A stretch of 64,000 nucleotides of DNA from positions 56,420,001-56,484,000 of the forward strand of contig OZ360225.1 in NCBI GenBank assembly GCA_977017645.1. The letters run 5' to 3'. The position numbers and the translations under genes are program-made. This DNA comes from Torpedo marmorata. Lineage: Eukaryota. Positions within the stretch are counted from its first letter, which is position 1. Every line of letters begins with the position of its first letter. Shown piece after piece: positions 35,925-50,012 of this stretch. The notes beneath the pieces are model-generated. The model was not told where the DNA came from. It saw only the letters and a list, made by a program, of their open reading frames with translations, and ran no database searches.

Positions 35925-38345
35925 CAGGGGTGGGCAACCTTTTTTTTAAAACTCACATTCCACCTTAAGTAATCCCTATGCCAAGTGCTCTGTGATTAGT
36001 AAGGGATTGCTTAAGGTGATATGTGAGTAATTTATACATTTGAGAAATAAACTTATTAACATTTGCTTTAGTTATTAATAATTCTAACTCATTATGTCTT
36101 GGAGCAATCAAATCTTCTCCTAATTTCTCAACCAGAAAAGCTTTAACTTGATAATAAGCTAACCATGTATTATCTAATACATTAAATTTTTCCTTCAATC
36201 TTTGAAACGTAACAAATCTTTAAAATTCTTAATTCCTTTTTGAAACCATGCTTTCAATAACTGATTATTCATAGTAAATAATAAAAGTGGATTTTGATAT
36301 AATGGCATATTTAAAGAAATTAATCCTCTCCCGCCTATTTCTTTATCTACCTGTGTCCATATTTCCAACAAATGTTTAATAATCGGTGAATTTTTCTTTT
36401 TTACTAATAATAATTTAGAATTCCACTTGTAAATAATATCCTCTTTATAATTTTCTCCTATATTATTTAATTCTATATTAACCCAAGCAGAAGTTTTAGC
36501 TAAATCAAAAAATTCATTAACAAATTTTAATTGAGCTGCTTTATAATAATATTGAAAATTAGGAAGTTGCAATCCTCCCATCTCATAATTCCATGTTAAC
36601 TTATCCATACTCACTCTTGCTAACTTCTCTTTCCATAAAAATTTCCTAATTATAAACTTTAAATCTTTTTAAAAAAAATTTGGAATTCCAAAAGGAATTG
36701 ATTGAAAAAGATATTGAATTCTTGGAAAAATATTCATCTTAATACAATTTACTCTCCCCGTTAAAGTTATAGGCAAATCTTTCCAATTTTCCAAATCTTT
36801 CTTTATTTTCGTAAATAAAGGTACATAATTTAATTTATATAAATTTTCTAATTTTGTATCCACTTTAACTCCCAAATATTTAATTCCTTCTTTTGCCCAC
36901 TTAAATTCCGTAACTTCTCTACACCTAGTATAATCACCTTGGGATAAAGCCATTATTTCACTTTTATCTGAATTAATTTTATACCCAGATATTTCACCAT
37001 ATTCTGTTAATATAATAGCTAATTGTTGAAGTGATGTAATTGATTTCGTCATATATATTAATACATCATCTGCAAACAAACTAATCTTATGCTCTTCCAT
37101 ACCGACTTTAATCCCTACTATATTAGGATCTGTCCTAATCAATTCAGCTAAAGGTTCTATTGCCAAAACAAATAAATTATTTCAGAGAAAAATGCCTAAA
37201 GTAGGATTACATAAATCAAGATTAAAATGGAAATTAGATTTAAATGTTAATATAGCTGAAAAACTTTGGGAAGATTTATGTAAGTTAAGTATGACTAAAG
37301 TTATTAATGTTAGATATAGATTAGTACAATATATTTTTTTTCATCAATTATATTTAACACCAAAAAATTAAAGAAATTTAACCCGACATTGTCGGATTTG
37401 TGTTTTAGATGTAAGAATGAAGTAGGTTCTTTTGTTCATTCTACATGGTTATGTCCAAAAATTCAAGATTTTTGGCTGAAAGTTAAGAATTTTTTAGAGA
37501 GAGTTTTTAATGTTATGATTCCAATGGACCCTATGTTATTTCTATTTGGAGATATTATAAAATTTAGTATTAGGAATAGATTGAATATGTATCAGGTAGA
37601 ATTTTTGCGAATTGCTTTAGCTGTCTCAAAAAAATGTATTGCTATTACTTGGAAATCAGATTTAGATTTAAATTTAGATAGGTGGCATGCAGAACTTCGT
37701 TCGTGTATTCCTTTGGAAAAAAGTACTTACAATTTACGTAATAAATATCATTTATTTTTAAAAATTTGGAGCCCATATATGAGAGTTATGGGTTTAAGGA
37801 TTTGAAATCTCTTGAAATCAGGTCTATTGGCGAGTTTAACCTCCAGGATAAAATAAGTTTTTAGATGGTTCTCTCCTCACTATTAATTTACTTTTCTTTT
37901 TCTTTTTTTTAATTATTTTTAGATTAGTGGGGTTGGGGGGGTTAGGGAAGGGTGGGAGGGTTTGGGGGGAGGGAATTTATATCACTTGTATTTTGGAAAC
38001 TATATATTTTGATTTGTGTATTGTGTGATTTAAAAATTTAAATAAAATATATTTTTTAAAAAAGGTGATATGTGAGTGGAAAGAAAAAGTTTGAAAACCA
38101 CTGCTTTAATCATACCTAATTAACTCGTTATGTGCACGGTTTCATAACTCCAAAGGAAATGGGCCAATGACAATTTTTCTCAAATGAAATATTTCAGTAA
38201 CAATTGGGTCCAGAGCAATGGTTCTCAGCCTTCCCTTTCCACTCACATACCACCTTAAGCAATCCCTTACCAATCACAGAGCACTGATGGCATAGGGATT
38301 ACTTAAGGTGCAATATGAGTTTTAAAAAAAGGTTGCCCACCCCTG
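35925..38345. mobile_element. hAT-type MITE interrupted by the L1
   Basis: TIR CAGGGGTGGGCAACC / GGTTGCCCACCCCTG; 8-bp TSD GTGTAGAC at 35917-35924 and 38346-38353. Confidence 0.92.
36029..38061 (+). mobile_element. L1-clade LINE, 5'-truncated with 5' inversion
   Basis: 36029-37175 is antisense ORF2 (KISLFADDVL). 37173-38061 is sense ORF2 C-terminus (CFRC...H...C), 3' UTR and A-rich tail. The 16-bp TSD AAGGTGATATGTGAGT is at 36013-36028 and 38062-38077. Confidence 0.93.
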
Positions 38346-38955
38346 GTGTAGACAAAGCTAAGAGAGATCTTTAATTTTGAATTCTAAGAGGATTAGAGGG
38401 TCAGGGGAAATGGGATGAGGTGCAAGAGATCGGCCATGATCTTATTCAGTGTAGGTACAGGCTTAATGGATTGCATGGGTGATACTTGCTCCTGTTTATT
38501 AAGATGTGAAGCATTGACCGCATGGTGAACTGACATGGGACTGTCCATCAGCAGACTTCTAATGATTATCTAAGATTTGACATTTCTGATTCCTGGCCAC
38601 TTCTGTTCTTCTGTCACTTCCCTGACAAACCGTTGCTTAAATTAACAGGGATATAATGGAACTGCTGTGCGTTTTTACAAAAAGAAAAATCAGAAATATT
38701 GCATAAAATGAAGGAGAGAGTAAAATGCTCACCTTATTACCTCCTGATAATCAACTTGTCGGTATTAATGATGATTAGTGATGAGGGACTGTTGAGGTGG
38801 GGTGGTGCTGTTTGGAATTAAGGAGACTGAGAGAGGATTTACTCAAGGTGTGTAAAACTCTAAAAGCCTCAACAGGTTACGTTGGATATAAAAAACATAG
38901 GACAAAAATAGTTTACAAGGAATGTCTTTCAACAAGATCATGGCTGATCCACATT

Positions 38956-41900
38956 ATAACATATAACATATAACAATTACAGCACGGAAACAGGCCATTA
39001 GGCCCTTCCAGTCCGCACCGAACCAAACATTCCTATCTAGTCCCACCTACCTGCACCCTGCCCATAACCCTCCACTTCCTTCTCATCCATATACTTGTCC
39101 AACTTTTTCTTAAATAATAAAATTGACTCTGCCGCCACTACTTCTCCCGGAAGCTCATTCCACACCGCTACCACTCTCTGAGTAAAGAAGTTCCCCCTCA
39201 TGTTACCTCTAAACCTCTGCCCCTTAACTCTTAGCTCATGTCCTCTTGTTTCAATCTCTCCTATTCTTAATGGAAATAGTCTATCCACATCCACTCTGTC
39301 TATCCCTTTCATAATTTTAAATACCTCTATCAAATCCCCTCTCAACCTTCTACGCTCCAAAGAATAAAGACCTAATCTGCTCAATCTCTACTTGTACTCT
39401 AGATTCTTAAACCCAGGTAACATTCTGGTAAACCTTCTCTGCACTCTCTCCACCTTGTTGATATCCTTCCTATAATTTGGCGACCAGAACTGCACACAGA
39501 ACTCTAAATTAGGCCGCACCAAAGCCTTATATAATCTCAACATCACTTCCCAACTCCTATATTCTATGCAATGATTGATAAAGGCCAGCATACTAAAAGC
39601 ATTCTTCACCACCCTATTCACATGAGTTTCCACCTTCAGGGAACGATGCACCGTTATTCCTAAATCTTTCTGCTCTTCTGTATTCATCAATGCTCTCCCA
39701 TTTACTACATATGTCCTGTTCTGATTCTTCTTACCAAAATGAAGCACCTCACACTTATCAGCATTAAACTCCATCTGCCATTTTTCAGCCCACTTTTCTA
39801 AGCAGCCCAAATCCCTCTGCAATCCTTGAAAACCTTCTTCATTATCCACTATTCCACCTATCTTAGTATCATCTGCATATTTACTAATCCAGTTTACCAC
39901 CCCATCATCTAGATCATTGATATATATAACGAACAACAATGGGCCCAATACAGATCCCTGAGGCACACCACTGGTCACCGGCCTCCAACCTGACAGACAA
40001 TTATCCACTACCACTCTCTGGCCTCTCCCTTCCAGCCAATGTTCAATCCATTTGACTATCTCAGAATTTATACCTAAAGACTACACCTTCCTAACTAACC
40101 TTCCATGCGGAACCTTATCGAAGGCCTTACTGAAGTCCATATAGACAACATCCACCGCGCTACCCTCATCCACATTCCTAGTCACCTCTTCAAAAAATTC
40201 AATCAGATTGGTCAAACAGGACCTTCCACTCACAAATCCGTGTTGAGAGTTCCTGATCAGACCCTGTCTATCCAGATATTTATAAGTACTATCTCTGAGA
40301 ACTTTCTCCATTAATTTACCTACCACAGACGTCAAACTTACAGGCCGATAATTGCCAGGCTTCCTCCTTGAACCCTTTTTAAATAACGGAACCACATGCG
40401 CAATACGCCAATCCTCCGGCACTATCCCCATCTCTAATGACATTTGGAAAATCACCGTCAGAGCCTCTGCTATTTCTTCGCTTACTTCTCTCAAGGTCCT
40501 GAGGAAGATCCCATCGGGTACCGGAGACTTATCCACCTTTATATGCCTCAAAAGCCCTAACACTACATCTTTCGTAATCCCTATATTCTCCATATTTACC
40601 CAATTTGCTTTTTTAATCTCGCATATCTCAATATCCTTCTCCTTGGTGAATACCGAAGAAAAGAAACTGTTCAATATCTCCCCCATTTCTCTAGGCTCCA
40701 CACACAGTTTTCCGCTCTGATTCTCTAAGGGACCAATTTTGTCCCTCGCTTTCCTTTTACCATTAACGTATTTGTAAAAACCTTTTGGATTAATTTTCAC
40801 CCTGCTTGCTATAGTCTCTTCATACCTTCTTTTAGCTTTCCTAATTCCTCTCTTAAGATTCTTTTTACATTCAATGTATTTTTCAAACATCTCCTTATTT
40901 CCATGCTTCTTATACTTAATGTACGCCTCCCTTTTTTTTCGAACCAAGTTTCCAATATTCCTTGAAAGCCATGGCTCTCTCAAACCTTTTGCCCCTCCTT
41001 TTAACCTAACAGGAACATAAAGCTTTTGCACTCTCAAAATCTGATCTTTAAAAGACTTCCATCTCTCTACTACATCCTGCCCATAAAACAAATTGTCCCA
41101 ATGCACACCCTGTAAGTCCCTTCGCATCTCCTCAAATCTAGCTTTTCCCCAATCAAAAACCTCAACCCTTGGCCCTGACTTATCTCTTTCCATAATGACA
41201 TTGAAACTGATGGCATTATGATCACTGGACCCGAAGTGCTCGCCAACACAAACCTCCGTCACTTGACCTATCTCATTTGCCAACAGTAGATCTAACACTG
41301 CTCCTTCTCTGGTTGGTACCTCTACATATTGTTGTAAAAAACTATCCTGCACACATTTCACAAACTCCAACCCATCCATCCCTTTCACAGAATGTGTTTC
41401 CCAATCTATGTGTGGAAAATTAAAATCTCCCATAATCACAACCCTGTGCTTATCACAAATATCCACTGTCTCCCTACAGATTTGCTCCTCTATGGCTCGG
41501 TCCCCTCCGGGTGGTCTATAATACACCCCTACAAGTGTAACTTCTCCTTTCCCACTTCTCAGTTCTACCCAAATAGCCTCCGTGGACGAGCCCTCTAATC
41601 TATCCTGCCTAAGCATCGCTGTAATATTCTCCCTGACAAGCAATGCAACACCACCTCCTCTTGCTCCTCCGACTCTATCACACCTAAAGCAACGAAACCC
41701 AGGGATATTCAACTGCCAATCACATCCCTCCTGCAACCATGTCTCACTAATCGCTACCACCTCATACTTCCAAGTATCAATCCACACCTTCAGCTCATCC
41801 ACCTTTTTTACAATACTCCTGGCATTAAAATATATGAATTTCAGAGATTTCCTACTTAATCTCTGTTTGCCCTTATCTTTAGTAACCTTCTCTATCACCT

Positions 41901-43140
41901 GCCCATCCATATTCAAACACTGACTACAAACTTTCTCTGTTCTAACCTTCTCCTTATTGATCTGTACTATTTTACTCCCTCCCCCCAACCTTTCTAGTTT
42001 AAAGGCTCCTGAGTAGCCCTAGCAAATACCCCTGCCAGGATTCTGGTCCCCCTGGGATTCAAGTGTAACCCGTCCTTACTGTACAGGTCACATCTCCCCC
42101 AAAAAAGGTCCCAGTGATCCAGAAACTTGAAACCCTGCCCCTTACTCCACCCCTTCAGCCACGTGTTAATCCTCCACCTCATTCTATTTCTACTCTCACT
42201 GTCACGTGGCACAGGGAGTAATCCGGAGATTACCCCCTTTGCGGTCCTTCTTTTTAACTCCCTACCTAACTGCCTGTACTCACTTTTTAGGACCTCTTCT
42301 CTATTCCTCCCTATGTCATTGGTACCTACATGTACCACGACCTCTGGCTCCTGTCCCTCCCCCTTTAGGATATCCGGGACACGAGTAGCAACATCCTGGA
42401 CCCTGGCATCAGGGAGGCAAACCACCATCCGGTTCTCCTTGCTGCGTCCACAGAATCCCCTATCTGTCCTCTTGACTATGGAGTCCCCTACGACTATTGC
42501 CCTCCTCTTCCTTTCCCTACCCTTCTGAGCCACAGGGGCTGACCCCGTGCCAGAGGCACAGCCACTGCTGCTCCCCCAACTATGCTGTCCTCCTCAACAG
42601 TACCCAAAGAGGCGTACTTATTGCTGAGGGTTACAGTCATAGGGCTCCTTTCTGGCTCCTTATATTTTACTGTCCCTCTTCTAACTGTTACCCACCTTTC
42701 CTCCTCCCGTGGCCCTGGTGTGACCACCTGGCTGTAACTCCTGTCTATGACCTCCTCTGTTTTTCTAACCAGCCTGAGGTCATCGAGCTGCAGCTCCAGT
42801 TCCCTAACACGGTCCCTAAGAATCTGCAGCTCTACACACCTCGTGCAGATATGGACATCAGGGAGTCTGGAAGACTCCAGGACCTCCCACATTTGGCACT
42901 CCCAACAACACACAGCCCTAACACTCATCCTGGACCCCAATGAAATCGTAATATGAGAGAATTTAAGACTCTTACCTTAGTGTTCAGTGACGCGTCCTCA
43001 GCCTGTGCTCGTCGAAGCCTGTCGAGTCAAAGCCGGAAGGAAGAGTTCCACTCCTTCGCTGTCCCCACTCACTCGCCTGGGCCGCTCACTCGCTGCCGCT
43101 CCCAAACCTCACCTTTAGTCTTACACTACTTAATGTAACG
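38956..43140 (-). mobile_element. Near full-length CR1-clade LINE (ORF1 with zinc finger, coiled coil and SGNH esterase; ORF2 APE-RT)
   Basis: ORF1 pieces 42494..42940 and 41994..42533 (IVVGDS, HVGTND, DGLHL) are joined by one frameshift. ORF2 41988 to 39037 has two in-frame stops (40081, 39388) and motifs YFNARS, SETWL, GDFN, SDH, GVPQGSVLGP, YADD. The 3' tail is (GTTATAT)n near 38956-38975. The 5' end is approximate. Confidence 0.95.
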
Positions 43141-44669
43141 CCATTTTCTTGCCCTATCCCCAGTTTCATCTGAAATCCACAAATCTGATAGGATTGAATG
43201 CGAATAATGACTGACCGTCATTCGCCCAACATGAAGGAACTTATATTCATTTTGATCCTAAATGGCCTATGCCTTTATTTTGAGACCATGACTCGAAGTT
43301 CCAGACTCCTCGGGTCGTCTCAGTGATTCACAAATAATTTTAAATACAAAATAGCATTTTTATATCCAATGATTTTACCAATTTATTGTTCTTATTCAGA
43401 ATAGAATAGCAGATATACAGGATAAAATTCACCAAAAAACAAATCAAAGGCTTTGAGCTTGTAATTATTTGAAGTAAATTCACATTTGCACCACATACAC
43501 AAACAGGGTAACATGAGCAATACAGAGAAGGCAATATCACTTTTACTACAGAGCTTTTGTCTTCCAAAGTGCTGTTTCATGTAAATTTTATTAAATAAGG
43601 TAGTGGCATAGATCTAATAAAGTCAGCTTGAAATGTCATGCCCTTTGCCTTTATTCTGTATACATTATTAGGAATGTCTTATTTTTTTCAAATGCATGAG
43701 GCAGTGGTAATTTTTAGTGAATTACTTTGCGAGTTTACATCCTACTCTAACAGTTTCATATTCACAATGATTAATTTCCTCAAACTATTAAACAATATCA
43801 ACCAATGTGCTCACTAAACGCATTCTGCTGTTGATGAATTATATTGCTGACCATTTAATCTTTACTTGGTGTGTGTGCACAACACAGTAGGTAGAAAGAG
43901 GATTGTGTCCTTGCATTTAAATTAAGCAAGACTGAAATAGAAGTTTTGTATTTCATAATGAATAGCTCATATTGTTATTATTTTATTTAAACTGGCACTG
44001 TGGTGAGTAGTGGAGGAGCATTGAAAAGTCCAATCATCTGGAAATAATTGGAGTCTTGCACAAAAATAGGAACGCATTGGTTTACTGGTTAAGCACCTTC
44101 AGCAGTGTTGCTTCTGTACTGGTGAGAAACATGTTCTCTGCTCCTATGATATGATTAGTACGAATGCAGAATTGGTACACGTGCATACTATGCAAACTCA
44201 GGCCATTGATATATCAAACGAAGAGCATCAGTTCTAACTCTAGCCATGGGAAACACAACTGGGTAATGGAAAGTACAAGCCTGAATATTGAACGGGCTGT
44301 CAGTGAATTGGTGTATGTGGTTACAATTAAATTTAAAAGACATTTACGCAGGTCGGTGGATAAGAAGGATTTAGGATCAAGCACAGGTATAAGGGACTAG
44401 TTGAGGCAGACAACTTGGTTGGGCCAAAGGGCCTGTTTCTGTTCTGCATAACTATAATTCCATGAAGTTAAACAGCATAAGGTAAAAATTAGAAATCAGG
44501 AAAGAAATTTTAAAGAGATGATCCTCTGTCAAGCTAGGGAGCATTGCAGTTTGAACATTCCCTGAGCACATGTCCCATGAGGTGGGCATTCCCTGTCACA
44601 GAAGCTGCAAGGGGGCAAGGAAGGAAATGGAGAACAACTTTGTATCTAGTTCTGGGAAATAAACGGGGG

Positions 44670-46225
44670 CATTAAAGATGAGGAAGTGCTTGCTGTCTTA
44701 AAGCAAATAAGGGTGGATAGATCCCCAGGGCCTGACAAGATATTCCCTCGCACCTTGAGGGAGGCTAGTGTAGAAATCTCAGGGGCTCTGGCAGAAATAT
44801 TTAAAATGTCCTTAGCCACAGGTGTGGTGCCACAGGATTGGAGGGTAGCTCACGTTGTTCTGTTGTTTAATAAAGGCTCAAAAAGTAACCCTGGAAATCA
44901 GTAGTAGGTAAATTATTGGAAGGTATTCTAAGAGATCGTATATACAATTATTTGGATAGGCATGGACTGATTAGGCATAGTCAACATGGCTTTGTGCGTG
45001 GTAGGTTGTGTTTAACCAATCTTATAGAGCTTTTCTAGGAGGTTACCAGGAAAGTTGACGAAGGAAAGGCTGTAGATGTTGTTTACATGGACTTTAGTAA
45101 GACCTTTGACAAGGTCCCACATGGGAAGTTAGTCTGGAAGGTTCAGACGCTCAGTATTCATGGTGAATTAGTGAACTGGATTCGACAATGGCTGGACAGG
45201 AGAAGCCAGAGAGTAGTGGTGGATGATTGCTTCTCAGACTGGAGGCCTGTGACTAGTGGAGTGCCTCAGGGATCAGTGCTGGGACCATTGTTGTTTGTCA
45301 TCTTTATCAATGATCTGGATGATAATGTGGTAAATTGGATTAGCAAGTTTGCAGATGACACTAATATTGGAGGTATTGTGGACAGCGAAGAAGGTGTTCA
45401 AAGCTTGCAGAGGGATCTGGACCAGCTGGAAAAATGGGCTAAAAAATGGCAGATGGAATTTAATGCAGACAAGTGTGAGGTGTTGCATTTTGGAAGGACA
45501 AACCAAGAAAGGACATACACGGTAAATGGTAAGGCAATGAGGAGTGGGGTATAACAGATGGATCTGGGAATACAGATACATAATTTCCTGAAAATGGCAT
45601 CACAGGTGGATAGAGTTGTAAAGAGAGCTTTCGGCATATTGCCCTTCATAAATCAAAGTACTGAGTACAGGAGTTGGGATGTTATGGTAAAGTTGTATAA
45701 GACATTGGTGAGGCCAAATTTGGAGTATTGTGTGCAGTTTTGGTCACCTAACTACAGGAAAGATATCAATAAGATAGAAAGAGTGCAGAGAAGATTTACT
45801 AGGATGTTGCCTGGACTTCAGGAACTGAGTTACAGGGAAAGGTTAAACAGGTTAGGACTTTATTCCCTGGAGCATAGAAGAATGAGGGGAGATTTGATCG
45901 AGGTATTTAAAATTATGAGGGGGATAGACAGAGTAAATGGAGATAGGCTTTTTCCATTGAGGGTAGGTGAGATACACACCAGAGGACATGGGTTAAGAGT
46001 GAAAGGGGAAATGTTTAGGGGAACATGAGGGGGAACTTCTTCACACAGAGAGTGGTGGGAGAGTGGAACGAGCTTCCAGCTGAAGTGGTGAATGCGGGCT
46101 CAATTTTAACATTTAAGAGGAATTTGGACAGGTACATGGATGGGAGAGGTATGGAGGGCTATGGACTGGGTGCAGGTCAGTGGGACTAGGCAAAATAAAT
46201 GGTTCGGCACAGACTAGAAGGGCCA
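44670..46225 (+). mobile_element. 5'-truncated CR1 LINE (RT region and 3' end)
   Basis: ORFs 44686..44904, 45087..45554 and 45558..46028 with GVPQGSVLGP, FADD and LVRPNLEYCVQFWSP; related to the CR1 at 38956-43140. Confidence 0.93.
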
Positions 46226-48449
46226 CAGTAAGGATCACAGTCTAGGGTCTTTTCTGCTACTGGGCATTCAGGGGCTGAGACTGGTGTGGAAGACCCTCAA
46301 ACAATGGAGAAGGAAGTAACCACAGTGGGCCATGGTGCAATGTAGTAAAATAAAGGATTAACGTTACAATGTACAGTAAAGGAATGTTAATATGAATATG
46401 ACACTAAGAATGTGAAAAAGCTTTGCATTGGTTTCCTTTGTATATATTTTTGTTGTGAATAAAGTTTATTCTTGAAATTTACAAAAAATGTCTTCCACCT
46501 TCATTAGATATGAGAGAAGTTCTGGAGTAGTGCTAATGTTACCAGCACTGAATCAGTAGTGAGAGAGAGAAAATAATTGGAAACTCTAGGCCAGTCAGAT
46601 GATGGAAATTATTAGAGATTTTGATCATAGACAAATATATTTTCATTGGTCATGATGTAAGCTGGTCAAGGAGAGCCAATGTTAATTTGTTGGAGGTAAA
46701 CTATATATAAGGAACTTTAAGTTATTTGATATGCAGAATGAGTTGATGAGGATAGAGTTTTTTTCCATGTCTTATGGGTGCCATGCAGGAGGCTTATTGT
46801 GAAGACTGAAGCCTAAATATTGCTTCTATTTATTCAATCACAAGATATGGAGGGCAATGCCAGCAATTTTCATACATCCCTAGTTGCCTCCAAACTGAGG
46901 AAACAGTTAAGAGTCAACCACTTGGAGTCATATATCGGCCAGACAGGTAAGGATAGCAGGTTTCCGCCCCCGGCTGTCCACAGAGCATCAGTGTACCAGA
47001 TGGGATTTTATGATTATCCAGCAGTTTCATGGTTACTGTTACTGAGGCCAGCCTTTTCTTTTAAATTCCAGTTTAATTTCATTATTTAAATTTAAATTCC
47101 CCAGTTCCCACAGTAAGACTTGAACCCATGACAAGTGAACATTCGTCCAGAACTGTCTGTTTGTTCAATAACTTAACCATTATGGTACCATAACCCAGAA
47201 TTGAAGTGAAGGCAGTGGATGTTGATTTGTTGGTGGGAAGCAGAGAGTGGTGATGTGGGTGGGGGTTGACGTGGCGGTTTGAAGGTTTTGTTTAATATTC
47301 TTTTAGAATGTAAGAACATTGAAAACATTGTGTAGGACACTCAGCTCCTCAAGCCTTCCCTGCCACTCAATGTCATCTTAGCTGATCTGCCCGAGGCCTC
47401 ATCTCCTCTTCTGTGCCAGTTCCACAAGGCCCTCAATTCCCTAATCTTGTCAAATTTACCCAATTCCTCTTTAAATACCTCACAAATTATCTCGTCTCCA
47501 CAACTCTCTGAGGTAGAAAATTCCAGAGATTCACCACCCTCTGCAAGAAGAAAGACCTACATACTGTACAGTTTTAAATGACAGCTCCCCGATCTTGTAT
47601 TATGTCCTTTCATTTGAGGATCTCCCACTGTTAGAAACCCTCACTGTGATCCAGAGCATTTGTCAAAGCTGTCACTTTATGTTCTGAATGTGGGTTTGAC
47701 TGAACATAGGCCCATAAAGTCCTTGCTATCTGTGGAAAGGTGGTTGGTGCAGTCTCTTCCTGTATTTCATTGGAGTACTGACATGTCCATTCATCATTAT
47801 TGGTGGTGTTTAGAGATCTGGATAAATTCCCTTTCCATTCCCTTGGAGCCAAAGACTTCCCATTTCTTCTGGAGCTGGCCATTTGAAGCAAGATGCTTCT
47901 CTATTGATGTGTGGGTAGAGGTGCTTAGGACCTGTAATAACCTTTGTGCCACAGCATTTTGGCTTCCTCCTCCCACAACCAAAATTTAAGGAGCCAAATT
48001 GGCATCAGCCAGGCTTCAGAGACATTTGGATCTTTGCATGCAGGAAGAACCCATTATCATATGGCAAGTCTAGTGCAAGTTGCTGAGGACAGATTTCTAC
48101 CCCAGGCTCAGAGCAACAGAGAGATAACGTAGTGCTATTAGTATGCTCTTCTTGAGGCACAAGCTACAGACATCTTAGTGGAGATACAATCATGACCTCA
48201 TAGGTGGACTTTAGCCAAGGAATCAGGCCTTACCTGTTCTCTGCAATCAGTTTTGTTGAAGATTTCAACGTCTACAATAGACGCAGGAGTAGGCCATTCG
48301 CCCTTCGAGCCAGCACCGCCATTCATTGTGATCATGGCTGATCATCCACTATCAGTCTACACTTTTATGAATTGCCACTTATATGAAAGTCTTGTCAACT
48401 GGATAACTTAATTAATAATTCTGAAACTTAGAATAGCATTGGGTTTGGA

Positions 48450-50012
48450 GGCAGTCCCTTGATCGGTGAGGAGATGAGGAGAATCCTATCCAAGGGAAAC
48501 CCACACATGGCAGCGGGACCAGACAACATATCTGGCCGGGTACTGAAGGACTGCGCAGACCAATTGACAGAGGTCTTCACAGACATCTTCAACACATCAC
48601 TGCAGCAGTCCATCGTTCCCGCAGGGGTCAAGACAGCCACCATCATCCTGGTACCCAAAAGGGTGACAATAACAGGCCTCAATGACTACCACCCTGTGGC
48701 ACTGGCCTCCACCATTATGAAATACTTTGAGCGTCTGGTGATGGAACGCATCAAAGTACACCTCCCAGAGGTGCTGGACCCATTTCAATTCGCCTATAGA
48801 AGAAACCGTTCCACAGACGATGCTATAGCCTTGTCCCTTCACTCCGTCCTGACCCACCTGGAGAATGACGCTTCATATGCCAGCCTGCTGTTCATTGACT
48901 TCAGCTCGGCATTCAATGCAATCATTCCCCAGAGGCTGGTGGAGGAACTGTCCTCACTGGGACTCAACACCCCTCTGTGTAACTGGATTCTGAACTTCCT
49001 AGCGGAAATACCACAGTCTGTTCGGGTCGGTAGCAGATCGTCGAGCACCGTCTCGCTGAGCACTGGCTCACCTCAGGGCTGTGTGCTCAGCCCGCTCCTG
49101 TTCATGCTACTGACCCACATCTGCATCGCCAGATCCAGCTCCAACAGTGTCATCAAGTTTTCAGATGACACAATAGTAGTTGGCCTACAGAGAAGAGGTG
49201 GGAAATCTCGTGATATGGTGCGAGAGTAATAACCTGAGTCTCAACGTGGACAAGACGAAGGAGATGAACGTGGACTTCAGGAGGACCAGGAACGACCACC
49301 CTCCACTACACATCAACAACTCTGTAGTGGAGAGAGTGGAGAGCACCAAGTTCCTTGGAGTTCATTTAACTAGTGACCTATCATGGACACTTAACATCTC
49401 CTCACTTGTCAGGAAGGTGCGACTGCACTTACTGAGAAGAGTGAAGCGGGCAAGGCTACTGGCCACCATCATGTCAATCTACTATAGGAGCTCTATCGAG
49501 AGCGCCCTGGCCAGCTGCATCACAGTGTGTTACAGTTGCTGCAGAGAAATGGATTGGAGGTCAATCCTCAGGACCATAAGTGTGGCAGAGAGGATCACTG
49601 GAGTCTCCCTCCCATCCCCCCCCCTCGCCCCCCCCCCTCCACCCATCTACGAGATCTACCGGGATCATTGTCTGAAGTGGGTGTGCAAAATCATTGAGGA
49701 CCCCTTCCACCCTGCACACAGCATCTTTCAGCTGCTCCCGTCGGGGAAGAGATATAGGAGTATCAGAGCAAGCACCACCAGGCTGAGGAACAGCTTCTTC
49801 CCATGGGCAGTGAGAATGCTGAACGACCAAAGGAACTGCTCGCACTAACCATCCGAGACTCTCATATTCATGAAACAATATTTATTTATTCATTTATTTG
49901 TAGATAGGAATACTTGTCCTGCATATGTATTGTGTTACGTCTGGTTGTGTGCTTCGTCAGGTTGTACTTGTGCATACAGATGACAATAAACTTGACTTGA
50001 CTTGACTTGACT
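48450..50012 (+). mobile_element. Rex1/Babar-like non-LTR retrotransposon, 5'-truncated
   Basis: ORFs 48459..49229 and 49180..49848 ([36 protein letters not shown]); AATAAA followed by (CTTGA)4 at 49985-50010. Confidence 0.88.

Noticed and set aside
47630-48250. Possible RTE-type LINE remnant
   Set aside because: Only a faint resemblance with no diagnostic motif or tail; not supportable.
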